Part shown: positions 40,301 through 52,805 of the stretch, piece by piece | Layout: the number at the start of each line of letters is the position of its first letter | Position numbering within the stretch: the stretch's first letter is position 1 | DNA from: Octopus bimaculoides | Lineage: Eukaryota | NCBI RefSeq assembly: GCF_001194135.2 | Contig: NC_068986.1 | Coordinates: forward strand, 3,538,505-3,602,504 | Length of the DNA stretch: 64,000 bases | Reading direction: 5' to 3' | Position numbers and translations under genes: made by a program | The notes under the pieces: generated by a model | What the model saw: the letters and a program-made list of their open reading frames with translations, nothing else | Database searches by the model: none | What the model was told of the DNA's origin: nothing

Positions 40301-41503
40301 ATCAAAAGACAAAAGCCATATTTATGTGGACTACTTCTTCCCAGAAGTAAGAATGGGTCTGCATAGGGCCAACATCCCTACCTAGAAACAAACAAAGTTA
40401 CAGAAGCACTGATGTCAATCCAAAACCAAGACAAGGGAGAAGTCATTCCCTCAGGGAAACATGGAAAATACAGCAAAATCGGGAAGGAAGCAGCAAAGAA
40501 AAGGGATCCAACTGGAGAGAAGCAGAACAGAAAAGGCAACCCTGAGTTGAGAACAGGGGAGTAAAACCATTGATGCTACATAGTTGGCGGAAGAGTTAAA
40601 TTAGTTTATGAATTGTTTTCTAAGAAATTCACAAAGCTAGCTTTAGTCAACTGAATGCTTTGCCTAATGCCACCTTTTTAAAGATTAATGTGGCAATTAT
40701 TCTCCAAAGTCTGTCTACGCCTTATTTAAGTGAATAAACTAATCCAGTAAAAACGTACGAATTTATGTATTAATTGTGTAACAGTTAACCAAACACTTAG
40801 CCATTTTAGTTTAGCATTTCTGCTGTAAGAAAGAAACATAATATTAAAATTTAGACTTACATTTTTTTTCCAAAAGTACACTAGGACAAGAAGAATGTAA
40901 ACTAATATTCCTAAAGCTCTTTTTAACTTTTTAAACCAGATAAAATGATGAAAGAAATAAACAAAATCAATGTCGAGAAGAACAACGAATAGATTTTACA
41001 AGTGCATCAAATTAAACTTTAACGAGTTAAAGCAAGTCAAAGCAAGAAACAAAAATTCATGATTGCAATAGCTACAAGTGATGTACCAATCTTACAAACT
41101 CATTAGAATCAGTTACAAGAAAAGGTTGATATAATAGGATATCACAATGGTCCTATCACCAAAATGTAGAATTAATATTTAATCACAAGAGTAGGTTGCA
41201 TATCCTATATTAATGAAAGTTTAGTCTGTGAAGCATCAACAACACTAATTATTGTTATTTCATATAATAGGTAGACAAAAGTCATAATAAAATATTAGAC
41301 CTTCAAAAGAACTGTTAGAGCTAAACATTTATTTAAAAAAACCTTTCTACTTAATATTAACAAAACAATTATATATATTTTTTGTGTGATGTATACACAA
41401 AGAGCATTATTAACAGGGCAATCGTAATGTGGCTCATATAAGCTTCACAATCTAAGCATACTTTTTGCGGGTGGGGTGAGCGTGGGTTAAAAGCAATTCT
41501 TAA

Positions 41504-41693
41504 CTCTTCAGCATTTACTTTACCCTGTCAAATGCAATGCTTATTTATTCACATTGTTTTGAATTAATCACTTGATGCAATTGTTTATTTTTAGAATGAT
41601 ATTCTAGGACAGGTTCAAGAGAGTGGATCTGGCAGGTCTGAACGTTAAAACACAATATTTAGGCCAGATATATCCTGTTTAAACGTCAAAGGG
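41504..41693. mobile_element. piggyBac-type (TTAA) MITE
   Basis: TTAA on both sides; family ends CCCTTTAGC...GCTAAAGGG. Other copies at about 3990-4170, 7042-7390 (two), 44842-45062, 48600-48810 and 63885. Confidence 0.75.
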
Positions 41694-41800
41694 TTAAAAA
41701 TTATATACAGATAAATTAAGACAATATATTTTTCTATCTCTTACAAGTGTGAAACTTAACTTCCTTCAACTAAAAATTCAAGAAAGAATCACTAATGTCT

Positions 41801-41845
<45 letters not shown>

Positions 41846-44841
41846 TCATCATCATCATCATCATCATCATCGTTTAACGTCCGCTTTCCATGCTAGCATG
41901 GGTTGGACGATTTGACTGAGGACTGGTGAAACCGGATGGCAACACCAGGCTCCAGTCTGATTTGGCAGAGTTTCTACANNNNNNNNNNNNNNNNNNNNNN
42001 NNNNNNNNNNNNNNNNNNNNNNNNNNATATATGGGTCCGATGAAAAGAAGATGAAGGCACTAAAGAGTAGAGTTTGATAGAGAAATTAGCAGCAAGTGAC
42101 AGAAGGTGAAGAGTAATCTCAAAAAGGCAATTTTAGAAATAGAATGCTGCTTCAAACACCTCCCACCTCTCTCTTTCACATACACTTGTGCTCATACAAA
42201 CCCTTACTAATCTGAAAGTAGTGGAAATAAACTCTTGTGCTGAGGCTAGATATCAAATGTAGGTTACAGTCTTCCATGTATTTAATTCATATAAATGTGT
42301 GACACATGAATAACCAAGGTCATGACTTTCAGTTAAACAGTATAATAATGTCATTTTATGAAAGTAAGAAAATAACAAATATTTAATTTTCTATATATAG
42401 AAATTTATCATGAATATATAAACATAAACAAAAGAGTATTGATTCTAAAGTTGAGCAGGGAAAATTATACATGTTTGACAAACGGTTTTGTTCAAAAAGC
42501 TAAATTAGTCATAATTTTTACTATCTAATCTTGTTAATGTATAAATATAATCTAGATTTTCCTTTGACTAAGTTTGCAAACAATTAGATGAAAATTGAAA
42601 GAAATACTTTGAATAAAGTTATCCAAAACTTCAAGAAAAATGTTATATAATATGAGCATATGAATTGTTTTATATGTAACCCACAATAAAATTTGAAATG
42701 CCATTCATAGAAATCAAATGAATACATTGGAATATGTTGAATTTTGCTAAATCCTTAAAAGAGTGTTTCAATTTCTTAGAACTGTACAAAGATGTTACAC
42801 ACATATTTTAAGCAAACAGCGATAACAACATGCAGAAAACAAGTGGCATTCCAGTTTGAATACTAGAAGAGAGAGAGAATCTTTATCAAATATCAAACCA
42901 AAAAATAAAAACTTTTTTTCTTTGATAGAAAAGTCCCCTCTTATCTAGAACAAAATGCTTACCGCCCGTGTACGTAATACGAAGGCTCTACCAATACCTG
43001 CAGCAGCATTGTTAGAGGGAACTTGCTTGTTCTTTTCACTTCGAGTGGCAGAGGAGGACAAGTTAGATTTGTAAACGAAAAACTTGTGTTGCCTTGTACG
43101 GAATTTCTGTTGAAAATAGTAGCAACAAATTGTCCAACCCATAGCCAAAAAAAAAATGTCATGGTATAAAGAATTTGTTATTTAGCCTAAGTTTTTCTCA
43201 GGTGAAAAAAAAAAAAAAAGTTAAGGCAAACACATTTTTAACAAATATTTCATATGGTTATGAAACTTAAGTACGTTTTCTTCTCTTCAGGGAAAATAAA
43301 CAGATTATTAAAAAAGTTTAAAATAATATTTAATTTCATAAAAATAGAAATCAAAAGCTTGATATCAAATTAAAGTGTTTTAATAAAAAAAGAACACAGT
43401 GTAAGATCTTGGTGTATAGAAAAGCCTCCTGATTAAAACAGTGAAATTGACAAAAGTGTAACGCCAAATATTTGAATTTAAGATCTGTTGGTCCATTTTC
43501 ACCCTTCAAGGATCACTTGGTTCACAAATGAGTAAGATAAGCTAATAAATCTGATCATTAACTTAATTAATAAACAGAACATTCTTCTGCCACAAATCAA
43601 TAGAATCAAAATATTAGAAAATGTAAGATGGATGTAATCAATGATAGGCGTAGAACTAAAGCTACAAAGTTAAAAACTAAAATTGCAAAAGGAAATGAAG
43701 ACATCATGATGTTTGCAGAACGCTATGGACACAAACTAGAGTGTAGGAAAATCTAAAAAGACAATTGATTATGTAGATAAGATGGGTTAGCATTCCTATG
43801 AGATAGGTCACTGTAAGTTACTGACTGATTTTGTACCTGGAGCCAAGGTTTAGCCACATATCTTTTAATATAGAACTGTATTATCTAATCGGTACGGAGC
43901 CAACATTAAAATATAATATCATCCTTTTCTAAAATAAACTGCAGAGTTGTCATAATTAAAGGAATCAAACTGAATTTACAGAAACGGCACTTAGTAATGG
44001 AGTGATTGTCTTAAAAATAAAAACAAACGTTCTGAGTCGAAAAAAAAACAGGTTTGTTGATTATGAAATTCATAATGAATGTTTTCTGCAAGTTCAAACC
44101 TTATAACTATCATATTGTGCCTTAGGTAAGGTACATTAATTCTGCTTGCTTCCATCTGTGACAAAAAGAAAACAAATAATAATTCTCTACATTTGAAATG
44201 GCATCAAGAAGGCAAGGTACTGAGAATTACAAACTTTCTCCCATTCATGATTGTGTGCAAAAACAGATGATGATAAAATAAAATAAAATATTTAAAAAAT
44301 GGTTAACAGACAATATATTTGAAGATCCAAAATAAAGATAAGCAGATTCAAGTTAAAATATCACTTGGGAAGTCACTTATTTTATCTGTAAGGTGCTTGA
44401 AAAAACAAAAAGTCATTAAGCCTTAAAAATCATGAACTGAAATACATTCATCCAATTGATAATACCACTATCCATTTTGCAATCAATCATACGTCTGAAT
44501 AAGTGTGCAAGCAATTTAGCATTCCAGACATGTACTTTTAATGTAATTCTTGAGTAGAATCAGAGTGGCATGGTACATCCAATAAGCTTCTGTATAGTTT
44601 CCTTCTACCTAATTCCACTCACAAATTTTGATTCAATCTGAGGTGATGATAGAGACATTTACTCCAGATGATATGCAGAGGAGCCAAACTTAAGGCCTCA
44701 AAATTGCAAAGCAAATCTTCTTCACCACTCAGCCATGCTTGTACCCATAAATAAGTAAATTTATGTATGTGTGTGTGTGTGTGTGTGCAGATAGATAGAT
44801 GGGTGAACAGACATATACACACACGCATTCATATATAATAA

Positions 44842-45062
44842 CCCTTTAGCTTTTAAACTAGCCATATCTGTCTCAAACATTCTACCTGTCAATATGTTCA
44901 AACCAGCCAGATTTGGCCTCTCACACCTACCCTACAATGTCATTCTAAAAATGTACCACTACATCATCAAAACCTCAAAGATACAAGATAAGCCCCAATT
45001 AATTCAAAACAATGTGAATAAATAAGAATTACATTTGAGAGAGTAATCTGAATGCTAAAGGG
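44842..45062. mobile_element. piggyBac-type MITE
   Basis: TIRs CCCTTTAGC / GCTAAAGGG; flanks ATAA / TTAA. Confidence 0.8.
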
Positions 45063-46392
45063 TTAAATAAAAACTTTTCAATTACATTGAATCTGATGGA
45101 CAATATTTTGTTAAATGATATAAAGCAGGAGTAGATTTCTTTCTCTCTTTCTATAAATATACATATTGACAGAAGAGAAAAAAACAATGTCTATGGCTTT
45201 ACCCAGAGCTTTTGAGACTTTTGGAAAGAAAGGAAGAAGTTATCCTCCAGACAGACAACCCGACTTGGATACTTTCAATAGAGAGAAGTTCTCTAAAAGG
45301 GCCACCTAGGAAAGTGTTGGTGTTAAACATTGCAACAAATTACATCCACCACTCAAAGACAGGAAGGGTTCCTTTAATGGCCTTCCACAATTTTCGTCTA
45401 CAAAATTTCACTCACAGGCTTTAGTTGAAGCATGGTTACAATGGAAGACAACTGCCCAGGTGCCATGCAGTGGAACTGAACCGGAAACTTGCAGAGTCAA
45501 TTTCTTAACCGCACAAGCACTCATTACCTTATCAAATCGTTTAACTTAAATTTTTAATATTATCAATAAATTTTAAGGATTAATTTATCATTAATTCATC
45601 ATGTGATTCTATAACGCATAGCCGACTGTGTAATACAGCATCTCTCAACATATATCAATCTACTATCACCTCACTTGTGAAGCCATGTTTTATTCTAATC
45701 TAATTACTTCATCTCAAACTTCCATTTATTTACACTTCAGTGGGAAATATTACAAAATTAGCGAAATACTCTTTTACCGACAAAGTACCAACCAATCCTG
45801 TGTATCATCCAGTCAAGTCACTTAAGTCATCTCTCTCTTTATAGATTGACAATTTTAACACTAAAATTCATTTACTTTTTTTTTTTTTTTTTTTAGTTGT
45901 ATGACATTGTAGGTCCACTTTTATCAAATTTGCTCTATTCAATTTTAATTTTGAAATGTATTTTGAAAAACCACAGCTATATGAAATGAGCAAGAGATAC
46001 TGTTCCAATAATCCAATAACAAAGACATTCAAATGAGTAGTAATTCCAGTAAGGAATTTTGAATATACATATAAGCCATATCTGAAACTTTCAGCCCCTG
46101 AGGCACTTTTGTAACTTTCTGCCAACTAAAAATAGTAAAAATGTATTATACTCATATATTGAGTCCTCTACATATATACATACATATATATTCATTTGCA
46201 TAATGGCCATTTTTCTATGCTAGCATGGATTCACCTGGTGAGTTATTTGAGGCAGGATTTTATGCTAAACCTTACCTTTTTGCAAGTAAGGGATTTCGTG
46301 ATTCCAAAAGTTTTTGAGAAGGAAGATCGACCAATCATAATGCAGATAAATATTAACATCACTAATGTTTTACTTAAGAAATGTGTGGAATA

Positions 46393-46492
<100 letters not shown>

Positions 46493-49048
46493 CACACACA
46501 CACACACACACAAGCACAGATAGACAGACAACTTTTAGTTCATTCAGATAAGAATTTAATTTTTATGTTGCAACGAGGGGTGAAAAGATCTGTTTCTGAC
46601 ACCTGTCCTTGTCTAGAGAGAGAGACTATGAAGGGTGTTATTACCTAGGTTGCAAATTGGAAATAATACCACTCATATTCTCTCTCCCCAAAGAAGCATA
46701 AGTGTCCTTGCTTAACATTCAATGAAGAGTGAAACAAAAGTTTTTCTATATATCCTTAAAGAAAATAATTTGTTGAAAAGAAAGAAAAGAAATTTAAATT
46801 TAGTCAATATAATGAATTTCACATTTAATTACTATATACCTGTTGCTCATTTGCATTGTTATAGTTATTCAATGTCAAAGGAAGTTTTGGAAAATGCTAC
46901 AATGTCAGAATTTATCTAAACCTCCTCTACTTAAATCAAATTACATAAAAATGCCAACTCTAGTTATCATTTCCAAAATACAACTTCCATTAGTTGCAAC
47001 TTTTTGCACAGAAGTTACCTGATAGCACTTTTCATCTTGTTGCCATTTGCATACATTACAAAATCTAATAGATCCCATGGCTCTCCAAGACAAGGATCAG
47101 GATAAAGGGAAGAAGTTAGTATTGCTGTTACTTAATTGGAATTGTTGAAAATAGCAAGAAATTTTGAGTAAGGAATAAGTTGCAGGAAAATACAATTCTG
47201 AGGTCAGAAGAATTAGTGCTTAGTAGAGGGTCTAGCCCAATACAAAAGGAGGTGCAAGCAAATTGAATGGGTTTAGCTGGCTGAGCATGAGTTAGCATTA
47301 TAGAGGAGCACAGGTCATTACAGAAGCTTGTAAGAGATACTTAAGAAAAGAAAGGGCTTGATAATATATTCATTTCTTCAAGTGAGCAAACATTTCTTCT
47401 CTTAAGCAAACATATCTTTATTGGATGCAGTCTGTGTGCATGTGCATGCATGTGTATGTATGTATGTGCATGCTTTATTTCAGAGGAGAAATATTTTAGC
47501 AGGGCATATTTGCGCTTTATGAAAGATTACCAGCTGTTGGAGCATGTAAAAGTCTCCAAACAAGATTGTTGAAGACATATCTGGCATATGAAGAAAGCAT
47601 GATTATTTCAATGCCATATTATTTATAAATGTGTGAATGTGGCTTTGATATAAATTCTGTTTTGTTTCTATAAACAAAGACTTTTGTGGTTGTTAACTGC
47701 TATCACATTTTACTTAAAAATAAAATCTTTTCTCTCCTGCATCTCAAAAATTCTTGCAACATTCTTTCTCTTGTGGTTCTTAGATATTCTTTGGTCAGTT
47801 CAATAAAAATTCCAAATTAGATTCTGCAATTTAGATACATTAATGTACTGAGTCCAAATAATACTCGACTCAGCTGTTTCATCTTTTCAGACTCAATAAA
47901 TAAAATATACTTTTCATTATAACAAAAGGGTGTCACAGTGGTTTCTATCAATGGGTGTTCAGTTCCACTGACCTATCCCCAACAGATGGGTGAACTGAGA
48001 CAATGTAGAATAAAGTGTACTCTTAAAAAATATACATTATTGACAGAAACAGTATTAATACTGAAAAGTAATCTTTATCCTCACTTAACCCTGGATGTTC
48101 TGTCAGAACAAACTATACTGCAGTAGATGCCATGAGAGAACCTCTCATATGAGCTTTTGGTGCAAAATGCGCTCTTGTTTATATCGCTAGCAGGGAAATA
48201 AATCTCCACCATCTCCAGTGCCAAAACCACCAGATCACATGATTTTGACCCTCCTTGGTTTTGTCAATGATGGAGGCTCAACCGCTAGAGATAGCAGTGA
48301 CTCATCTCCCCACCAGCAATATATAGAAAAAAACAGTACCTGAATAAGAACTGGTGTCATGATTAGCCAGTGGGCTCCTTAAAAAAGATATATTAGCAAC
48401 AGAGGCAGTATTAATACTCAGAGGTAATATTTATTCCACTGGCTTCTGTGCCGGTGGCACGTAAAGAGCACTATCTGAACATGATTGAATGCCAGAGCTG
48501 CCAGACTGGCTCCCGTACCGGTCGCACATAAAAAGCACCATCCGAACGTGGCCAATGCCAATGACCCGACTGGCTCCTGTGCCGGTGGCACGTAAAAAAC
48601 ACTGGCCATATCCGACTTAAATATACTACATATTTTAGGTTCAAACCAGCAAGGTCCGGCCTCTCACATCTACTTTACAATGTCATTCTAAAAACAGACT
48701 ATCACATCATTAAAATCACAGAGCTATGAGCTAATTCATGATTAATTCAAATCAATGTGAAGAAATAAGCATTACATTTGACAAAGTAATTTGAATGTTA
48801 AAGAGTTGAACATATCGTTAACCAAGCAAAATTGGTTTTGTGCTCGGTAAAATGAAATCCATATTGTAAAAAAAAAAAAAAAAAAACGATGAAAATGATG
48901 AAGATGATCATTGAATCATATAAAATGCTTGATTAGAAACTTTAACATATCTAGTCTGTACCTCACTCGTCTCAGTATAAACCTATTCTAGCATTCATAT
49001 ATATTAATAATAAGTGGAGGATTCTGCTCACCACAATCTTCTCCTCAG

Positions 49049-49080
<32 letters not shown>

Positions 49081-49543
49081 AAGAAAGAAAAGTGGCTTTG
49101 ACTCTTGACAAAAAATTATTTAAATAGAAAGATGATAATAATAATAATAATAATAATAATAATCCTTTCAACTAAAGGCACAAAGCCTGAAATTTGTGGG
49201 GAGGGGACCAGTTGATGACATCGACCCAGTGTTTCACTGGTACTTAATTTATCAACCCTGAAAAGATGAAGAGCAAAGTTGACCTCGGTGGAATTTGAAC
49301 TCAGAACACAGTGACAGACGAAATGCCACTAAGCATCTCACTCTTTCTTGCAGAACCCCGGTTAAGAAACGTTGCTCTATACACTGACTTTACTTACTAA
49401 AAATGGCAGCAAATTCTCTTTTAAAAATAAAGCACACATTTGATAATTTATTCTTAGATACAAAAATAGATGGAATAGGCATGACTGGAATGCCTTTCAT
49501 CATTTACATTTGATGAATATTTGTCCTCATCTTGTTTGTTGTT

Positions 49544-49589
49544 AACACAACGTTTCGGCTGATATACCCTCCAGCATTCATCAGGTGTC
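49544..49589 (-). ncRNA. Minimal hammerhead motif, sense to the DNAJB12 pre-mRNA
   Basis: Reverse complement reads GACAC-CTGATGA-A-TGCTG(gagggtatat)CAGCC-GAAA-CG-TT|GTGTT. Core intact; first stem II pair lost. Confidence 0.65.
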
Positions 49590-49666
49590 TTGGGGAAATT
49601 TCGAACTTGGGTTCTCATTCCTGTGGTGGTGGTTCTTCTTCGTCTTCTTCGTCTTCTTCAGATTCA

Positions 49667-49712
49667 GACACCCGATGAAGGCTGGAGGGTATATCAGCCG
49701 GAACGTTGTGTT
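49667..49712 (+). ncRNA. Minimal hammerhead motif with mutated core
   Basis: GACAC-CCGATGA-A-GGCTG(gagggtatat)CAGCC-GGAA-CG-TT|GTGTT. Two core substitutions, so probably inactive. Confidence 0.55.
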
Positions 49713-49823
49713 AACAACAAACAAGATGGGGACAAATATCTGTCAAATGTAAATAATGTACATAATTCCTCATCTCTTAAATATAGAATTGTATTAAATA
49801 AAGATTGTTCTGATATGGTTAAG

Positions 49824-50166
49824 TGAAGACGCATGTCTCAGTGGCTAGAGTGTCAGGCTTACAATCATGAGATAGTGAGTTCAATTCTCAGATTAGGCTG
49901 TGTGCTGTGTTCTTGAGCAAGACACTTTATTTCACGTTGCTCCAGTTCACTCAGCTGTAGAAATGAGTTGTGAAGTCATTGGTGCCAAACTGTATTGGCC
50001 GTTGTCTTTCCCTTGGATAACATTGGTGGCATGGAGACGGGAGGCCGGTACGCAATGGCCAACTGCTGGTCTTCTATAAACAACCCTACCTGGACATGTG
50101 CCTCGGAAGGGAACTTTCTAGGTGCAATCCCATAGTCATTCATGACCGAAGGGATTTTTTACCCTT
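49824..50166 (+). mobile_element. CORE-like SINE family C copy
   Basis: Colinear and highly similar to 37050-37365. Confidence 0.8.
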
Positions 50167-50945
50167 TTATAGGGTTAATAAATAAAGCTAAATAAATATT
50201 GTTCTTAGATTAAATGAGATATTTTTCTACAGATTATTCATAGTGTATGGCTTTGACTGACATGCAACTCTCTATATATGTCTCAACAACAAGAATCTAT
50301 TTTGGAAAGAATAAGTGCTACACAAGCAGAATTTCACCCGAGATAGCAATACACTCCATGTCACAACAACTACAACCAATACATTGTAGTAATCTGCTAG
50401 AAATATAATAAGCTTGCTAGTAGTTTTGAGCATTTGTTTTTGTTAGGGCAACGCATCATGGCAAATGTATTTGTTCCATCATTTGCTTTATGAAACAATG
50501 GTATTCTTTAAGATATGTTTAACTTGATAACTTTAGTACAAAATTTTAAAATAAGCAAAGGTAGGACTTGGAAATAATTCATGAACATTTGGTTTTTGAT
50601 GTAAATATATCAGTATTTTGAATGTGTGTGTGTGAGTACATTTTTACAGAATGAAACCAAAGTTACTAATATTATAAGGATTTTTGTGAAATGATATTGA
50701 TAAATTATGAATAAACTTTGATAAGTCTTGCATTGTAAATGTTGAAATCTTCAGTTAAATCCCGATATATTTCAACAAAATACATGCAAGAAAATAAAAA
50801 TAGACAAATTAATACACTTTTACCATTAATAAGAAATACAAAAATGCATAAATGTATAATGATAAAAATTGTTAAAATGAAAAAAAATTTTTTTTTTTTG
50901 TACATATAATAAATGAGAGAATTTTAAAAATGAAGGAATAATTAC

Positions 50946-51010
50946 TTCTGACTGAGCAGCCCTCTGATACTGTCCATTATGTTGTGTTCTCCGGTGAACA
51001 TAAACATTAC
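50946..51010 (-). CDS. DNAJB12: DNAJB12/14-like exon: (G)NVYVHRRTQHNGQYQRAAQSE
   Basis: CTTTTCCAG|GT...CAGAA|GTAAT. 65 nt, phase 1 to 0. NVYV parallels NVHVY of DNAJB12, and the phases fit both neighbours. Confidence 0.88.
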
Positions 51011-51404
51011 CTGGAAAAGGAAATGAGCAATTACAATTCTAGATTCAAAGTATGTCACAAAGGTAATAAATACAAATTCAGATCCATCTTGGCCTCACAA
51101 TTATCACCATAGCATCAATGTCCACTTTTCGATGCTTGCATGGGTCAAATGAAATTTGTTCAAGCAGATTCTTCTTCTACAGCTGGATGCTCTTCCTGTC
51201 ACACCCAGCATGTCTCCAAGCAAGGTAATGTTTCTTTTTTGTCTTTCCAACACAAAACAGCTCAATGGCCAAACATGTTTTATGGGAAGATTGCAAACAA
51301 AGGCACTATTTTTTATGAATGCAGACTATTTACAATAAGTGTGCTAATGTCAGTACAAGGAAGCATAAACACAAGCACACATTCATGTGCACCTACATAT
51401 CTGT

Positions 51405-51790
51405 ATATTCTTTTACTTGTTTCAGTCATTTGACTGTGGCCATACTGGAGCACCACCTTGAAGGGTTTTTTTAAGTCAAACAAATCGACCCCAGTACTTT
51501 CAGTCTCTTTTGCTGAACTGCTAAGTTACAGGGATATAAACACACCAACACTGGTTGTCAAGTGGTGATGTGGGATAAACAAAGATACAAAGACACACAC
51601 ACACACACATATATAAATATATACACAATGGGCTTCTTTCAGTTTCCCTCTACCAAATCCACTCACAAGGCTTTGGTTGACCCAAGGATATAGTAGAAGA
51701 CACTTGCCCAAAGTGCCATACACTGAGACTGAACCTGAAACCACATGAAGGGAAGCAAGCTTCTTAACACACAGCCATGCCCCGCACCTA
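51405..51790 (-). mobile_element. SINE family A copy (DNAJB12 intron)
   Basis: Reverse complement of the head, central domain and tail of family A. Confidence 0.85.
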
Positions 51791-51832
51791 TGTGTGTATG
51801 TATAGATATATGTATGTACATATGCATGTATG

Positions 51833-51896
<64 letters not shown>

Positions 51897-52282
51897 TACA
51901 TACATGTTCATGTACTACATTATTGTCGTTTAACTTCCGTTTTCCATGCTGGCATGGGTTGGATGGTTTGACTGAGGACTGGCAAGCCAGAAGGCTGCGC
52001 CAGGCTCCAATCTACTCTGGTAAGGTTTCTACAGCTGGATACCTTTCCTAAGGCAAGATACTCCAAGAGTGTTAGTGGGTGCTTTTTACATAGCACTGGC
52101 ACAGGTGCCAGTTACAACCATTACTAGTTTTTTCATGTATAATATAGTTACTACTATAAGTAAGATTTAGTATGTTAATTATGTTATCCCCCTGCCCCTC
52201 TCACCACCACCTAAAGTCTTATCCCCCTTCAACAAGCCTAGCACCTCCTTGGGGCAGTACCATCCATGTTGAGAACCTCTAC

Positions 52283-52572
52283 ACCAGGCTCCAATCTGAT
52301 TTGGCAGAGTTTCTACAGCTGGATGCCCTTTCTAATGCCAACCACTCCGAGAGTGTAGTGGGTGCTTTTATGTGCCACCGGCACGAAGGCCAGTCAGGCG
52401 GTACTGGCAACGGCCACGCTTGAAATGGTGTATTTTACATGCCACCTGCACAGAAACCAGTCCAGCGCCACTGGCAACGATCTCACTCGAATGTCTTTTC
52501 ACGTAGGAAGGCGACGTTGGTAACGATCACGCTCAAATGGTGCTATTTACGTGCCACCGGCACGGAAGCCGT
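52283..52572 (-). mobile_element. RTE-type 3' UTR copy, inverted relative to 32281-32580
   Basis: Reverse complement aligns unit for unit with 32281-32490. Confidence 0.88.
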
Positions 52573-52748
52573 TCCCCAATTTCCTACCAAATCTATAACT
52601 GAATAGTTAAATGTTAGTTTAGTTAGAGGTTTATTTGAATTTTACAGCATTCAATAGGTTAAGATAAAAATTACTAGGTCATTAAAATATATTTAAAATG
52701 TATAGTAATTCAATGTTGGAAGAGAAATAGAAAAAAATAAATGCTTAC

Positions 52749-52805
52749 CAGTGGGAAACCCTCCACCAAAAAACATATTGAACAATTCTTCTGCAGATAT
52801 ATCAC
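52749..52805 (-). CDS. DNAJB12: DNAJB12/14-like exon, G/F-rich region: (G)DISAEELFNMFFGGGFPT
   Basis: CTATTTCAG|GT...CACTG|GTAAGC. 57 nt, phase 1 to 1. Matches the DISPEDLFNMFFGGGFP motif. Confidence 0.95.

Noticed and set aside
44135-44155. 21-nt in-frame microexon (MEASRIN) in the long DNAJB12 intron; also a 20-nt candidate at 40861-40880
   Set aside because: The first has a weak donor (GTACCT) and the second shifts the frame; such site pairs arise by chance in U-rich introns.
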